DNA of 64,000 nt, from assembly GCA_033763315.1 (NCBI GenBank), contig JANRKS010000019.1, forward strand, positions 384,001 to 448,000, in the 5' to 3' direction. The notes under the pieces were generated by a model. That model was not told the origin of the DNA and did not search any database. It was given only the letters and a program-made list of their open reading frames with translations. This stretch comes from Deltaproteobacteria bacterium (GTDB taxonomy: Bacteria; Myxococcota_A; Polyangia; Fen-1088). Position numbers and translations under genes: made by a program. Position 1 is the first letter of the stretch. Each line of letters begins with the position of its first letter. Below, one piece after another: positions 49,933 through 58,455 of this stretch.

Positions 49933-51671
49933 TAGTTTGCTCCTTTGCTGAACGCGCGCCGCTTGCGGAACGGGTCAGACGCAACGATCGAGTTAATCAT
50001 GGCTGGCAGCTTCCAGCCCGTGCCCTTGAGGTCATCCTGCAGCTTCGCAAGGACGCCCTCATCCATGTCGCCACCACCATCGGTGGGATCGGGCCCGCGG
50101 CCAAGGGCGAAAGCATAAACTGACGCGGTCACGCACTGTCCGTAGCCTTTGCTGGTCGAGATGTACTTCGCCAGCTCAAGCGCGTTGGCGAATTCCTTTT
50201 CACCATCGTCGGTCTCGAACTTTACTTTGGTGTCGATGGGCAAATCACGATCCATCGTGCGGAACCCACCGATGGCGTCGTATTGCTCAAGCACCAAGCC
50301 GGGGGGATCAAGCAGCCTGTGGCAGGCAGCGCAGCGGGGTTGAGATTCGTGCGCTTCGAAGTCCTGCCTCACTGTGTTGCCGGGCTTGCGTTCGATCTTC
50401 GTGTTGACGTCCGGCGGTGGATCACCAACCGCGCCGCACAACATCTTTTCATAGACGTAACGGCCGCGCTTCACCACGGAGGTAAGTGCCGGTTGCGACG
50501 TGGCTGCCAAGAATGATCCCTGCGTTAAGAACCCAGCGCGCTCGGTGTCCTTTGTTGAGACTTTCTTCAGTGACGAGGATCCGGGCTTCGGCAACCCGTA
50601 ATGCTCAGCCAATCGGTCGTTGGCATACGTGTAATCGCCATACATGAAGTCTGAAAAGCCAATGCTGCCTTGGAACAAGTCGCGCAACAGGCTGCGCGTC
50701 TCTTCCGTCATCGCCGTTCGCAGGCCGTCGTCGAAGTTCTTGAAAATGGCCGTATCGACCTCGTGTGGCTCCACGCCGCTGCCGCCCGCGAACGATCGCA
50801 GCGGCGTCCACAGCGCACCGAAGGTATCAATGAAGGCCTCGGCCTTGGAATCCTTCAGCATGCGATCCACCTGCGTCTTCACCTGAGCCACGGTTTTCAA
50901 CTCGTCGTTGTCGGCGGCCTTGAACAGTTCAGCATCAGGCATCGTGCTCCACAAGAAGTACGAAAGCCGCGAAGCCATCTCGTGCGAAGACACAGCGTGA
51001 GGCGTTTTCGAGTTAGGATCGGGATCGTATTCAATGCGGAACAAAAAGTGTGGCGAGCTCAAGATGCCTTGAATCGCCAAGCCGATACCCACTTCCGCTG
51101 AATCGCCCTCCGTCGTCGCGACCTTCACGAGGTCTGCAAAAATCTTCACTTCTTCATCTTTCACAGGCCGGCGGAACGCGCGGCGCATGAAATTCTTGAG
51201 GATGGTGTTCACACAAGCGTCGCCCGATGAGGGCGCACAGGTGAGAAGCTTGCCTTTCAAGGTGGAGTTGGCCAGAACGTCGGCGGCAATCTTTTCAGCC
51301 GACGCTGTGTAGCTTTCAAGCTGCACGTCATCCACTTCAAGCACGCTGGCGTTGTTGTCAAAGCCATAGCCGTAGCGATCCTTGAAACTGAAATCGTCGG
51401 CGGGCTTGAGGTTGGTGCCCAGCAGATCTCGAACGGTGTTGTTGTATTCCGTCGAATTCAAGCGACGCATAGCCACGCTGCCCGGGTCAGACCCCGAGGG
51501 CACGGAGCCGCCATTGCCACCCGACCCGCCGTCGCCGTCTGAGCCACCATCGCCATCCGAGCCGCCCGAACCGGACTTGCCCGAGCAAGCGGGTAGGGCC
51601 ACCAAGGTACCTAACAGGAGCCCGCTGCCGAGCAAGGGGAACCAAACGCTACGCGCGCGCCTAAGATGCAT
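49932..51671 (-). CDS. DUF1592 (DUF1587/1595/1592/1588/1585) lipoprotein
   Basis: RRLNSTEYNNTVRDL, ASRLSYFLWSTMPD, RAGFLTQG, CAACH..LDP.G. Confidence 0.9.
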   Translation of the reverse strand: MHLRRARSVWFPLLGSGLLLGTLVALPACSGKSGSGGSDGDGGSDGDGGSGGNGGSVPSGSDPGSVAMRRLNSTEYNNTVRDLLGTNLKPADDFSFKDRYGYGFDNNASVLEVDDVQLESYTASAEKIAADVLANSTLKGKLLTCAPSSGDACVNTILKNFMRRAFRRPVKDEEVKIFADLVKVATTEGDSAEVGIGLAIQGILSSPHFLFRIEYDPDPNSKTPHAVSSHEMASRLSYFLWSTMPDAELFKAADNDELKTVAQVKTQVDRMLKDSKAEAFIDTFGALWTPLRSFAGGSGVEPHEVDTAIFKNFDDGLRTAMTEETRSLLRDLFQGSIGFSDFMYGDYTYANDRLAEHYGLPKPGSSSLKKVSTKDTERAGFLTQGSFLAATSQPALTSVVKRGRYVYEKMLCGAVGDPPPDVNTKIERKPGNTVRQDFEAHESQPRCAACHRLLDPPGLVLEQYDAIGGFRTMDRDLPIDTKVKFETDDGEKEFANALELAKYISTSKGYGQCVTASVYAFALGRGPDPTDGGGDMDEGVLAKLQDDLKGTGWKLPAMINSIVASDPFRKRRAFSKGAN

Positions 51672-51949
51672 CTAAACCTCCGAACTACAAAGATGCTTGC
51701 GGTGTCTCGGCCTGAGACTTGTTGCAGACAGGTTGGTTATAACTTGCTGCTCATAGACGCTAGGCCTGGCCGATCTCAAAGTCCACTGTCCGAAATACCT
51801 ATTCGGCGTAAAATCGAACATTTTACGGTATGCCTATACAGACGACGTTCTGCCTCGACAGGGATACTTGCCGTCGACCGGGGATTTGCTTACAGCCCGT
51901 GGGCTGTTTTTAGACGTTGCTGTGCAAACCCATATAGGCTCCTTTTCGA

Positions 51950-52852
51950 ATGTCGGTTCCTCCTCACATCGTGTTCCGCAAAGCCGCGCTGCTCGGCGTC
52001 GGTTATATGGGCGGTTCGTTGATGCTTGCGGCACGCCGCGCTGGATGCGTGGAGGAAGTGACAGGCTTCGATTTAGACCCAGCGGCCGGTTTGCCAGCCA
52101 TGGCCAAGGGTGTGGTGGACGCCATGGCGCCCACGCCAGCCGCCGCGGTTCAGGCCGCCAATCTTGTGGTGTTGGCCGCCCCCGTGGGCAGCTTGCCGGG
52201 CTTGGCCGCCGCGGTTGCGCCCCATCTTTCGCCAGGGGCCTTGGTCATTGATTTGGGCAGCGTGAAAGGATCTGTCATCGAAGCCGTTAGATCCGTGTTG
52301 CCAGCGGCGGTCTCTTTTGTGGGCTGCCATCCGCTGGCGGGGCGCGAGGCCTCCGGTGTGGCGGCTTCTGATCCTGACGTCTACGACGGCAAGCCGTGCT
52401 TGATCTGCGCGGACGCTGCGGCCACCGCGGACGTTGAACGGGCGTTTGCGTTTTGGGCCGCCGTGGGTTCGAAGCCTGTGAAGGCAGACGCGCGGGCGCA
52501 CGACGCCTTCATGGCTGCCGCCAGCCATTTGCCTCATGTGGCGGCGTTTGCTTTGGCCCACGCGCTTGGGGCGCAAGCCGAGGCCTTGGCCCAGGCGATG
52601 CCTGCGGGCGCCAGCCCCACGAGCTTGCGGGACACAACGCGCATCGCTGCATCGTCACCCGCGGTGTGGCGCGATATCTTCGTGGCCAATCGTCAGCAGC
52701 TCTTGCCAATGGTGGACGCCTTGGCGGCGAGTGTGGCCGCGCTGCGCGACGCCATCGCAGCGGAGGACGAATCCACTTTGCAGGCGTTCCTCGTGGCCGC
52801 GCGCGCGTCGCGGCGGATGTTGATTGGCGAAACCACACCCAGAGATTCATGA
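51950..52852 (+). CDS. tyrA: Prephenate/arogenate dehydrogenase
   Basis: GVGYMGGS, DLGSVK, HPLAG.E, HD....SHLPH, RDTTRIA.S.P..WRDIF. Confidence 0.92.
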   Translation: MSVPPHIVFRKAALLGVGYMGGSLMLAARRAGCVEEVTGFDLDPAAGLPAMAKGVVDAMAPTPAAAVQAANLVVLAAPVGSLPGLAAAVAPHLSPGALVIDLGSVKGSVIEAVRSVLPAAVSFVGCHPLAGREASGVAASDPDVYDGKPCLICADAAATADVERAFAFWAAVGSKPVKADARAHDAFMAAASHLPHVAAFALAHALGAQAEALAQAMPAGASPTSLRDTTRIAASSPAVWRDIFVANRQQLLPMVDALAASVAALRDAIAAEDESTLQAFLVAARASRRMLIGETTPRDS

Positions 52853-53847
52853 AGGCCCTTGCTCCGATGCGTTTAGCGACGCTGACCCCGCTGTTGGTGC
52901 TTTGTTCGTGCGCCGCTCCCGAAGCGGTTCAACGTGCGGCACCGCGGCCAGCCCCGTCTCCACCCGTGCACAGCCTGTTGAACAACGTTCCGTCAAACGC
53001 GGTGTCGGTTCTTTACGTGAACTACCAACACCTGCGCGGCGATTGGAAGAAGGTGCTCGACGCAGGCGAGCCTCCTAAGCAGCGGCGCGAACAGCAAGGC
53101 TTCGTTGAGAGCGAGGATGTGGATCACGCCGTGACCTGCGCGCTTGGCGAATCAGCCTCGCCAGACAACCTCAGTCTTTATGACGGCCGCTTTCGGGACG
53201 CGGCGATGGAAGCCAGCCGCATCGGTTCAAGCGGCGATTTGCCGCGGTACCGTGACGCCGCGATGTGGGGCACCGATGGGCAAGCGATCGCGAAGCTTTC
53301 GGCCAAACGCGTGGGGGTGGGGACCCGCGTGGGCTTGCAGGCAAGCATCGACGTGGCGGCGGACGTTGCTGAACCGCTGACTGCAGAGACATGGTTCACG
53401 GAGGCCAACGAACGCATGACCTTGGCGTGGCCCGCCGTTCGGCGTGTGGGCATCGAGCTCACAGCGAAAGCCACCGGCCCCATGCGGCAGCGGCTTGAGT
53501 CGGCGTTGCCTGAGGCCAAGGCCTTGCGTTGGTTTTCCGCCCGGGCGGGTGGAACCGATGAATTCGATCTTGTGGCGTTGGGCCAAGCCGAGACCGCCGA
53601 AGGCGCGCAGGCGTTGGTGTATGCGTTGGCGGCGCGTGCGGAGCAGTGGGCCGGGCGGCCACAGGCCCGCTTTATGGGGCTGTCTGGCGTGCTGCAAGCC
53701 ATTCACTTTGATCACCAAGGCACGCTGGCGAAAGCAACGTTGCACATCAACGCTTCCGAGTGGCGATCGCTCAAGCAGCGGTTTTCGGAGCTCTTGGCCT
53801 TCCTGCGCAAACGGCAGTCCCAGTCCGAAGGCAGTGGACGCAAGTGA
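52849..53847 (+). CDS. Hypothetical lipoprotein
   Basis: ATGA overlap with tyrA; lipobox LCSC. Confidence 0.7.
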   Translation: MKALAPMRLATLTPLLVLCSCAAPEAVQRAAPRPAPSPPVHSLLNNVPSNAVSVLYVNYQHLRGDWKKVLDAGEPPKQRREQQGFVESEDVDHAVTCALGESASPDNLSLYDGRFRDAAMEASRIGSSGDLPRYRDAAMWGTDGQAIAKLSAKRVGVGTRVGLQASIDVAADVAEPLTAETWFTEANERMTLAWPAVRRVGIELTAKATGPMRQRLESALPEAKALRWFSARAGGTDEFDLVALGQAETAEGAQALVYALAARAEQWAGRPQARFMGLSGVLQAIHFDHQGTLAKATLHINASEWRSLKQRFSELLAFLRKRQSQSEGSGRK

Positions 53848-53892
53848 CGCGCGTTCCGTGACGTGCAGACGAACCGGGTATACCATTTCAAT

Positions 53893-54252
53893 ATGCGTTG
53901 GTTCGGCGTTGGCCTGCTGGCTTTGGCTTTGTGTGCGGGATGTAAATCGCGCAGGCGATACGACGGCACGTGCCAAACAGATGCGGATTGCCTCGATTTT
54001 CAAAAATGCGCGGCGCAGGTGTGCGTACGAAAGAACCCCATCTTCCAGCCATACAAACCGCCGCCTGTCCCCCAGGCAAGCGCTCCGCCTCGCAAATCCA
54101 GCAAATCTCGCACGGCGCCTTTCGAACCTCAGCCCGAGCCGCCGCCCCCACCCGTTAAGCCCGCGCCACCCAGCAAGCCTGATTTAGGGCCCGCTGTGCC
54201 CTCGCACCGGCGTGATCCCGCCCAGGCGGGTAAGTTCCGCTTGGACGCGTAA
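53893..54252 (+). CDS. Small Cys/Pro-rich lipoprotein
   Basis: Lipobox LCAGC; CQTDADC....C....C module. Confidence 0.6.
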   Translation: MRWFGVGLLALALCAGCKSRRRYDGTCQTDADCLDFQKCAAQVCVRKNPIFQPYKPPPVPQASAPPRKSSKSRTAPFEPQPEPPPPPVKPAPPSKPDLGPAVPSHRRDPAQAGKFRLDA

Positions 54253-54273
54253 CTTGTTGGCTTTGGAAGTACC

Positions 54274-55188
54274 ATGAAGCGACGAACGTTATTGGCGGCG
54301 GCAAGCGCTGTGGGGCCGCTCGCTTGGCTGGGGAACGCGTGGGGCGCACGGAAAAAATCCAAACCGCACGCGAAGTCGCGTAAGCCGGCCGAAGCGAATA
54401 AAGACGATGACGATCCCAACTGGCAGCCATTGTTCGACGGCCAGTCACTTGAAGGTTGGCAGCCGTTCTTCGCGCCACCTGCCCCAGGCAAGCCCGCGCC
54501 CGCGTTGCCGCAAAACGTGTTCACCGTGATCGAGGACGACGGCCACAAGCTGCTGCGGATCTCAGGCGAAGCGTTTGGCGCGCTGGTGTCGGCGAAAACC
54601 TACGGGAATTATCAGCTGCGCGTGCAGTGGCGTTGGGGCAACGACAAATGGCCGCCACGGGCGCATCTGCGACGATCAAGCGGTGTGATTCTTCACGCCG
54701 TGCCCAAGGGGCCCTTGTTTGGCGACGGCAAGCCGTGGCCCACGGGTCTTGAACTCGAATTGCAGGAGGGCTCCTGCGGCGACCTTTGGGTGGGCGCAGG
54801 CGTGCGAGTGGACGTGCCATCCCGCCGCGAGCGCTTCATGGGCAATCCGCTGCTCATGTATACCGCCGGCTATCCACTGCAAACGCTTCCCGCCGCCGAC
54901 GCTGAACCACGCGTTGTGAAGAGCAACGACTATGAAAAAGGCTTCGGCGAGTGGAACACCAGTGAGGCCTTGGTGTTTGGCGGCAACATCGCTTTTATGA
55001 CCAACGGCAAACTCACCATGCAGTGTGCGAACGCGCGCACCTTTACCGGCGATGTGGAAACGCCTTTGAATGAAGGCGCGATCGCTTTGGCATCAGAAGG
55101 CGCCGAGATACATTTCAAGCGGATCGCGCTTCGTCCGCTCGCTAAGCGGCCCGATCGTTGCCGCCTGCCTGAGAAAAGGCCTTCGTAG
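54274..55188 (+). CDS. DUF1080 (3-keto-disaccharide hydrolase family) protein, Tat-type signal
   Basis: KRRTLL, WQPLFDG.SLEGW, SG, ELELQ, GEWN, SEGAEI.F. Confidence 0.85.
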   Translation: MKRRTLLAAASAVGPLAWLGNAWGARKKSKPHAKSRKPAEANKDDDDPNWQPLFDGQSLEGWQPFFAPPAPGKPAPALPQNVFTVIEDDGHKLLRISGEAFGALVSAKTYGNYQLRVQWRWGNDKWPPRAHLRRSSGVILHAVPKGPLFGDGKPWPTGLELELQEGSCGDLWVGAGVRVDVPSRRERFMGNPLLMYTAGYPLQTLPAADAEPRVVKSNDYEKGFGEWNTSEALVFGGNIAFMTNGKLTMQCANARTFTGDVETPLNEGAIALASEGAEIHFKRIALRPLAKRPDRCRLPEKRPS

Positions 55189-55189
55189 C

Positions 55190-56212
55190 TTACGGCGGCG
55201 ACGCGGATGGCGCCGGGGCGGGGGCAGGCCGCATGGGCTTGGCCGCTTCGCCGTAGAGGAATACGCCGCCGATCGATGTCAGCGCGCCGGCGCCCATGCA
55301 CGCGCCGCCCAACGCGGCGAGGCCCTTGTCACGATCGCCCGCGGCGGCCAACACAATGGTGCCTGCGATGATGGACGTTAAGCCCACCGCGATCGCAGAC
55401 ACCGCAAACTTTTTGGAGGATCGCAGTGAGGGCGGAGGAAGCATCGGCCGTTCCGACTCAAGCAGGCCCGGCTCGTCAGGCACCCGGATGCCATCAGCCA
55501 AGCGCAACATCGCCTCTCGCGCTTCGGTGACGGTGCACACATCACAAAAGCGCGATTGCGTTTCAATTGGCAACGCGGCCGGTGCGGCGCCCGTGGTTTG
55601 AAACACGCGGGCGGACATCCGATAGCTGTTGCCCGTAATGCTCACCTGCACACGCACCACATAACGCACGGCCAACTCTTGCCCCAACTGCTTAAGGCAC
55701 GGCGACGTATCACACGCCCACAGATCTGGTTTGCCTTTGAGGCGATTCTTGAGATCTTCGTGATCGATCACCCGCACGCCTGCGCGCACCAACCCCAAGA
55801 TGAAGCCGTCTTGCAATTGGTAAACGAGCGCCGCCGGCGGGTTGTCGCCTTCAACGATGAACGCGCTGATGGCGAGCTTCGATGGCGGCGTGCTGTCAGT
55901 AAGCTGCGGCATCAGATCGGGTGGGGGGCCCGCCGCGGAAGCGGGAAGAGCCGCGGCGGGTTTGGGCGCCTCGGGCGGCTGTTCCACCACCACGGGTTTG
56001 GCAGCTTCTGCAGGCTTGGCGGCAGGCACCGGCTTGGGTGCGGCGGCGGGTTTGGCGGGCGAGCGCTTTTTCTTTTTCTTGGGTGAGGCGGCCGCGTCGG
56101 CGCCCGCCTCCGCTTCTGGGTTGGCCTGTGCGCTGGCCAGCGAAGGACAAAGCCCCGCCGGGATGCTGACGGCCACGGCCAGAAAGGTAGACAGCGTTAA
56201 AAGGCGGCGCAT
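55190..56212 (-). CDS. Exported protein with Pro-rich linker and C-terminal Gly-rich hydrophobic hairpin
   Basis: Signal peptide, C...C pairs, two C-terminal hydrophobic helices. Confidence 0.65.
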   Translation of the reverse strand: MRRLLTLSTFLAVAVSIPAGLCPSLASAQANPEAEAGADAAASPKKKKKRSPAKPAAAPKPVPAAKPAEAAKPVVVEQPPEAPKPAAALPASAAGPPPDLMPQLTDSTPPSKLAISAFIVEGDNPPAALVYQLQDGFILGLVRAGVRVIDHEDLKNRLKGKPDLWACDTSPCLKQLGQELAVRYVVRVQVSITGNSYRMSARVFQTTGAAPAALPIETQSRFCDVCTVTEAREAMLRLADGIRVPDEPGLLESERPMLPPPSLRSSKKFAVSAIAVGLTSIIAGTIVLAAAGDRDKGLAALGGACMGAGALTSIGGVFLYGEAAKPMRPAPAPAPSASPP

Positions 56213-57633
56213 TCGGGTCTGGGGTTGTCGCACGTCGCAGGCAGACTGTGAACGGACACGTCGAAGCAGACCCGTTTGGAGTCCTTGTTTGGAAGTCTGG
56301 GGCAGCGTCCGACGGCGCGACATTGATCCGATGAGCCCGCCTCGCAAGAGACGATCACGCGAGCGGGCCTGGGACGATAATCGAGCTCAATGCGTAAAGA
56401 CTTGAGGGCCGAGGCTCCGAGAAGACCATCTATTTCGGGCCCCTCTGGACGAATTTCTGCGCGTACGGCCTGCAAAATGGCGCTGTTATCAGGAATCACA
56501 AGCACTTCGATTCCTTTGTTCAATTCAACGTAGGCCGCGCTTGCCACGCCCTTTGAGGTTTCGCGAGGGTCGCGGTCGCAGGGTTCCGGACAATGTGCGA
56601 CCGAAGAGCTTTGGCTTTGGCTGATCGCCACAAGTTCCGTGCGGCGCGCGCGGCCAAGCTCAACGCAGGCGCCGGGATCTTGGGCGGCGCTGGTTTCCAG
56701 GTTCACCAACGCCAAGCTGGGCAAGCTGGCCCGGCGGCCAATGATGGGTTCTGAATGCGCGGGATGAAAGATGGGGACCGCGTCGGCCGGCGTCGCGGCA
56801 GGGGCGGGCAGACGCGGAAAGATGCGCGCCCAAGCCGATTCGGCGATCAACACGCCGCCGAGGCCCGTGGCCAGGGCCAGCGACACATCCACGCCGGTGG
56901 CCAGCGTGCGCTCTTGGCCCTTGCAACAGGTGGGCAAAACCTCGGTCGAAGGCACAAAGGCGGCAGGCGCCGCACACCCACGCAGAACAACCTGGGACCC
57001 GGGGAACTGATGAGGTCCTCGGATGCCGAAGATGTCGGGTTGTCCCTTGGCGTTCAATTGACCGCCCCCCAACAAATTCATCTCAAGCACGGCGTATTTG
57101 GCGGTGTCGAGAAAGCCCGTGCTGGCGGGTTGCCGATCCCAAATTGTTACAGTGGGCGCCGCGGTGGCTTCACGTCGCGCGAAGGTAGGCACATAGCTGC
57201 GCAGGAACTCACCACCCAGAACCGCCAACACGGGTCCATCGAGCCCTGGAGGTGGCCCCGTCAGCGCCAGGGGCTGGGCCCACAAGCCTTTGAAGCTGCC
57301 ACGCAGCAGGGGCTGCGCAGAATCGGCGGCCAGCAGGTCGAACCCGTGCTCTTGCAGCCCCCCGCCGGGCGTGCCATTCCACAGGTTCACCGGCGACGAC
57401 GTGTCGAGCAGGGCCCAACCCACTTGTTGCGTGCTGCGATCGCGGATGCGGGCCCACAAGGCGCCGTCAGAGGCCGCAGACAGCGTCACCGGCTCCCCGT
57501 CAAACGTGCAACAGTCGTCGCCGCAGGCGGGCAGGTAGGCCAAGGCAGCGAACAAAACCAAAACGCCTCCCCATTTGCCGAAGGGAGGCGCACACGAGCG
57601 TCGATGCAGGGCGGCGGATGCGCGGAACGTCAC
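56197..57633 (-). CDS. Lipoprotein with aspartyl-protease-like motifs
   Basis: Lipobox LPAC; ALLDTSS, LALATG, VLGGEFL, DGLLG. Confidence 0.55.
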   Translation of the reverse strand: MTFRASAALHRRSCAPPFGKWGGVLVLFAALAYLPACGDDCCTFDGEPVTLSAASDGALWARIRDRSTQQVGWALLDTSSPVNLWNGTPGGGLQEHGFDLLAADSAQPLLRGSFKGLWAQPLALTGPPPGLDGPVLAVLGGEFLRSYVPTFARREATAAPTVTIWDRQPASTGFLDTAKYAVLEMNLLGGGQLNAKGQPDIFGIRGPHQFPGSQVVLRGCAAPAAFVPSTEVLPTCCKGQERTLATGVDVSLALATGLGGVLIAESAWARIFPRLPAPAATPADAVPIFHPAHSEPIIGRRASLPSLALVNLETSAAQDPGACVELGRARRTELVAISQSQSSSVAHCPEPCDRDPRETSKGVASAAYVELNKGIEVLVIPDNSAILQAVRAEIRPEGPEIDGLLGASALKSLRIELDYRPRPARVIVSCEAGSSDQCRAVGRCPRLPNKDSKRVCFDVSVHSLPATCDNPRPECAAF

Positions 57634-57642
57634 CCGCGAAGA

Positions 57643-58377
57643 CTACTTCGACTTGCCCTTGCCGTTCTGCTTTTTCTCGTCGAGCTTTTGCTTCAATTTC
57701 GCAAGCAGGGCTTCGAAGGATTCCTTCTTGATGACCTTGTTGAATTCCGCGCGATACGTTTCAAGAAGGCTCTGTTCGTCAGTGACAACGTCATACACAA
57801 CCCAGCCGCGTTGTTTGTGGACCAAGCGGTACTCCATCGCCACGTCCACGGGCTTGCCGCGCGACACCGTGGTCAACTTTGCCTGCACGGTGGCTTCGGT
57901 CGGCTTAAGGTCTTCCTTTTCCCAGTCCAACTTGTAGTTGGCCGAACCGTTCATCTGGTCGATGTAGTTGCGTTCGACGAGCTCCCGCAAGGTGGCGACG
58001 AACTCCCGTCGCTTGGCGGGCGCGATGCCATCCCAGTGCTTCGACAGCGAGCGCTGCGCCAGCTCTTGAAAGTCCAAGAAGCCATTGACCACGTCACGCA
58101 CTTCCTGCGTTTTGGCGTCGTTCTGTGGCGACCAAGAGGGGCTGCTCTTGCCCACCAGCTTTTGCAGCTTCACGTGTGACTTCTTGAGGTCTTCCATAGG
58201 GTGCGACCCTGGAGGAGCGGGAACCACAGGCGATTCTGGCTCCTCAGCCGGCGCTTTTACGGCAGCGGCTGGCGCGGGGGCCACGATTTTCTTCTTTGCG
58301 GGCTTCGCTGCGGCGAAGGCGGGGGCGGTGGCGAACGAAACCGTCAGCAATGCGACGAGTGAAAAGTGAGCTTTCAT
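57643..58377 (-). CDS. MlaC/Ttg2D-family phospholipid-binding protein
   Basis: DFQELAQRSL.KHW, W.VYDV..D..SL..TYRAEF. Confidence 0.85.
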   Translation of the reverse strand: MKAHFSLVALLTVSFATAPAFAAAKPAKKKIVAPAPAAAVKAPAEEPESPVVPAPPGSHPMEDLKKSHVKLQKLVGKSSPSWSPQNDAKTQEVRDVVNGFLDFQELAQRSLSKHWDGIAPAKRREFVATLRELVERNYIDQMNGSANYKLDWEKEDLKPTEATVQAKLTTVSRGKPVDVAMEYRLVHKQRGWVVYDVVTDEQSLLETYRAEFNKVIKKESFEALLAKLKQKLDEKKQNGKGKSK

Positions 58378-58455
58378 ATGGATCCCTCTATACTTGAGAC
58401 GGAGCCGGGGCAAAAGTTATGCACGGCGAATTCGGGCGCTGCGGAAAATACCACG

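Noticed and set aside
51830-51913. 27-aa uORF as a tyrA attenuator leader peptide
   Set aside because: MPIQTTFCLDRDTCRRPGICLQPVGCF has no Tyr and no aromatic run
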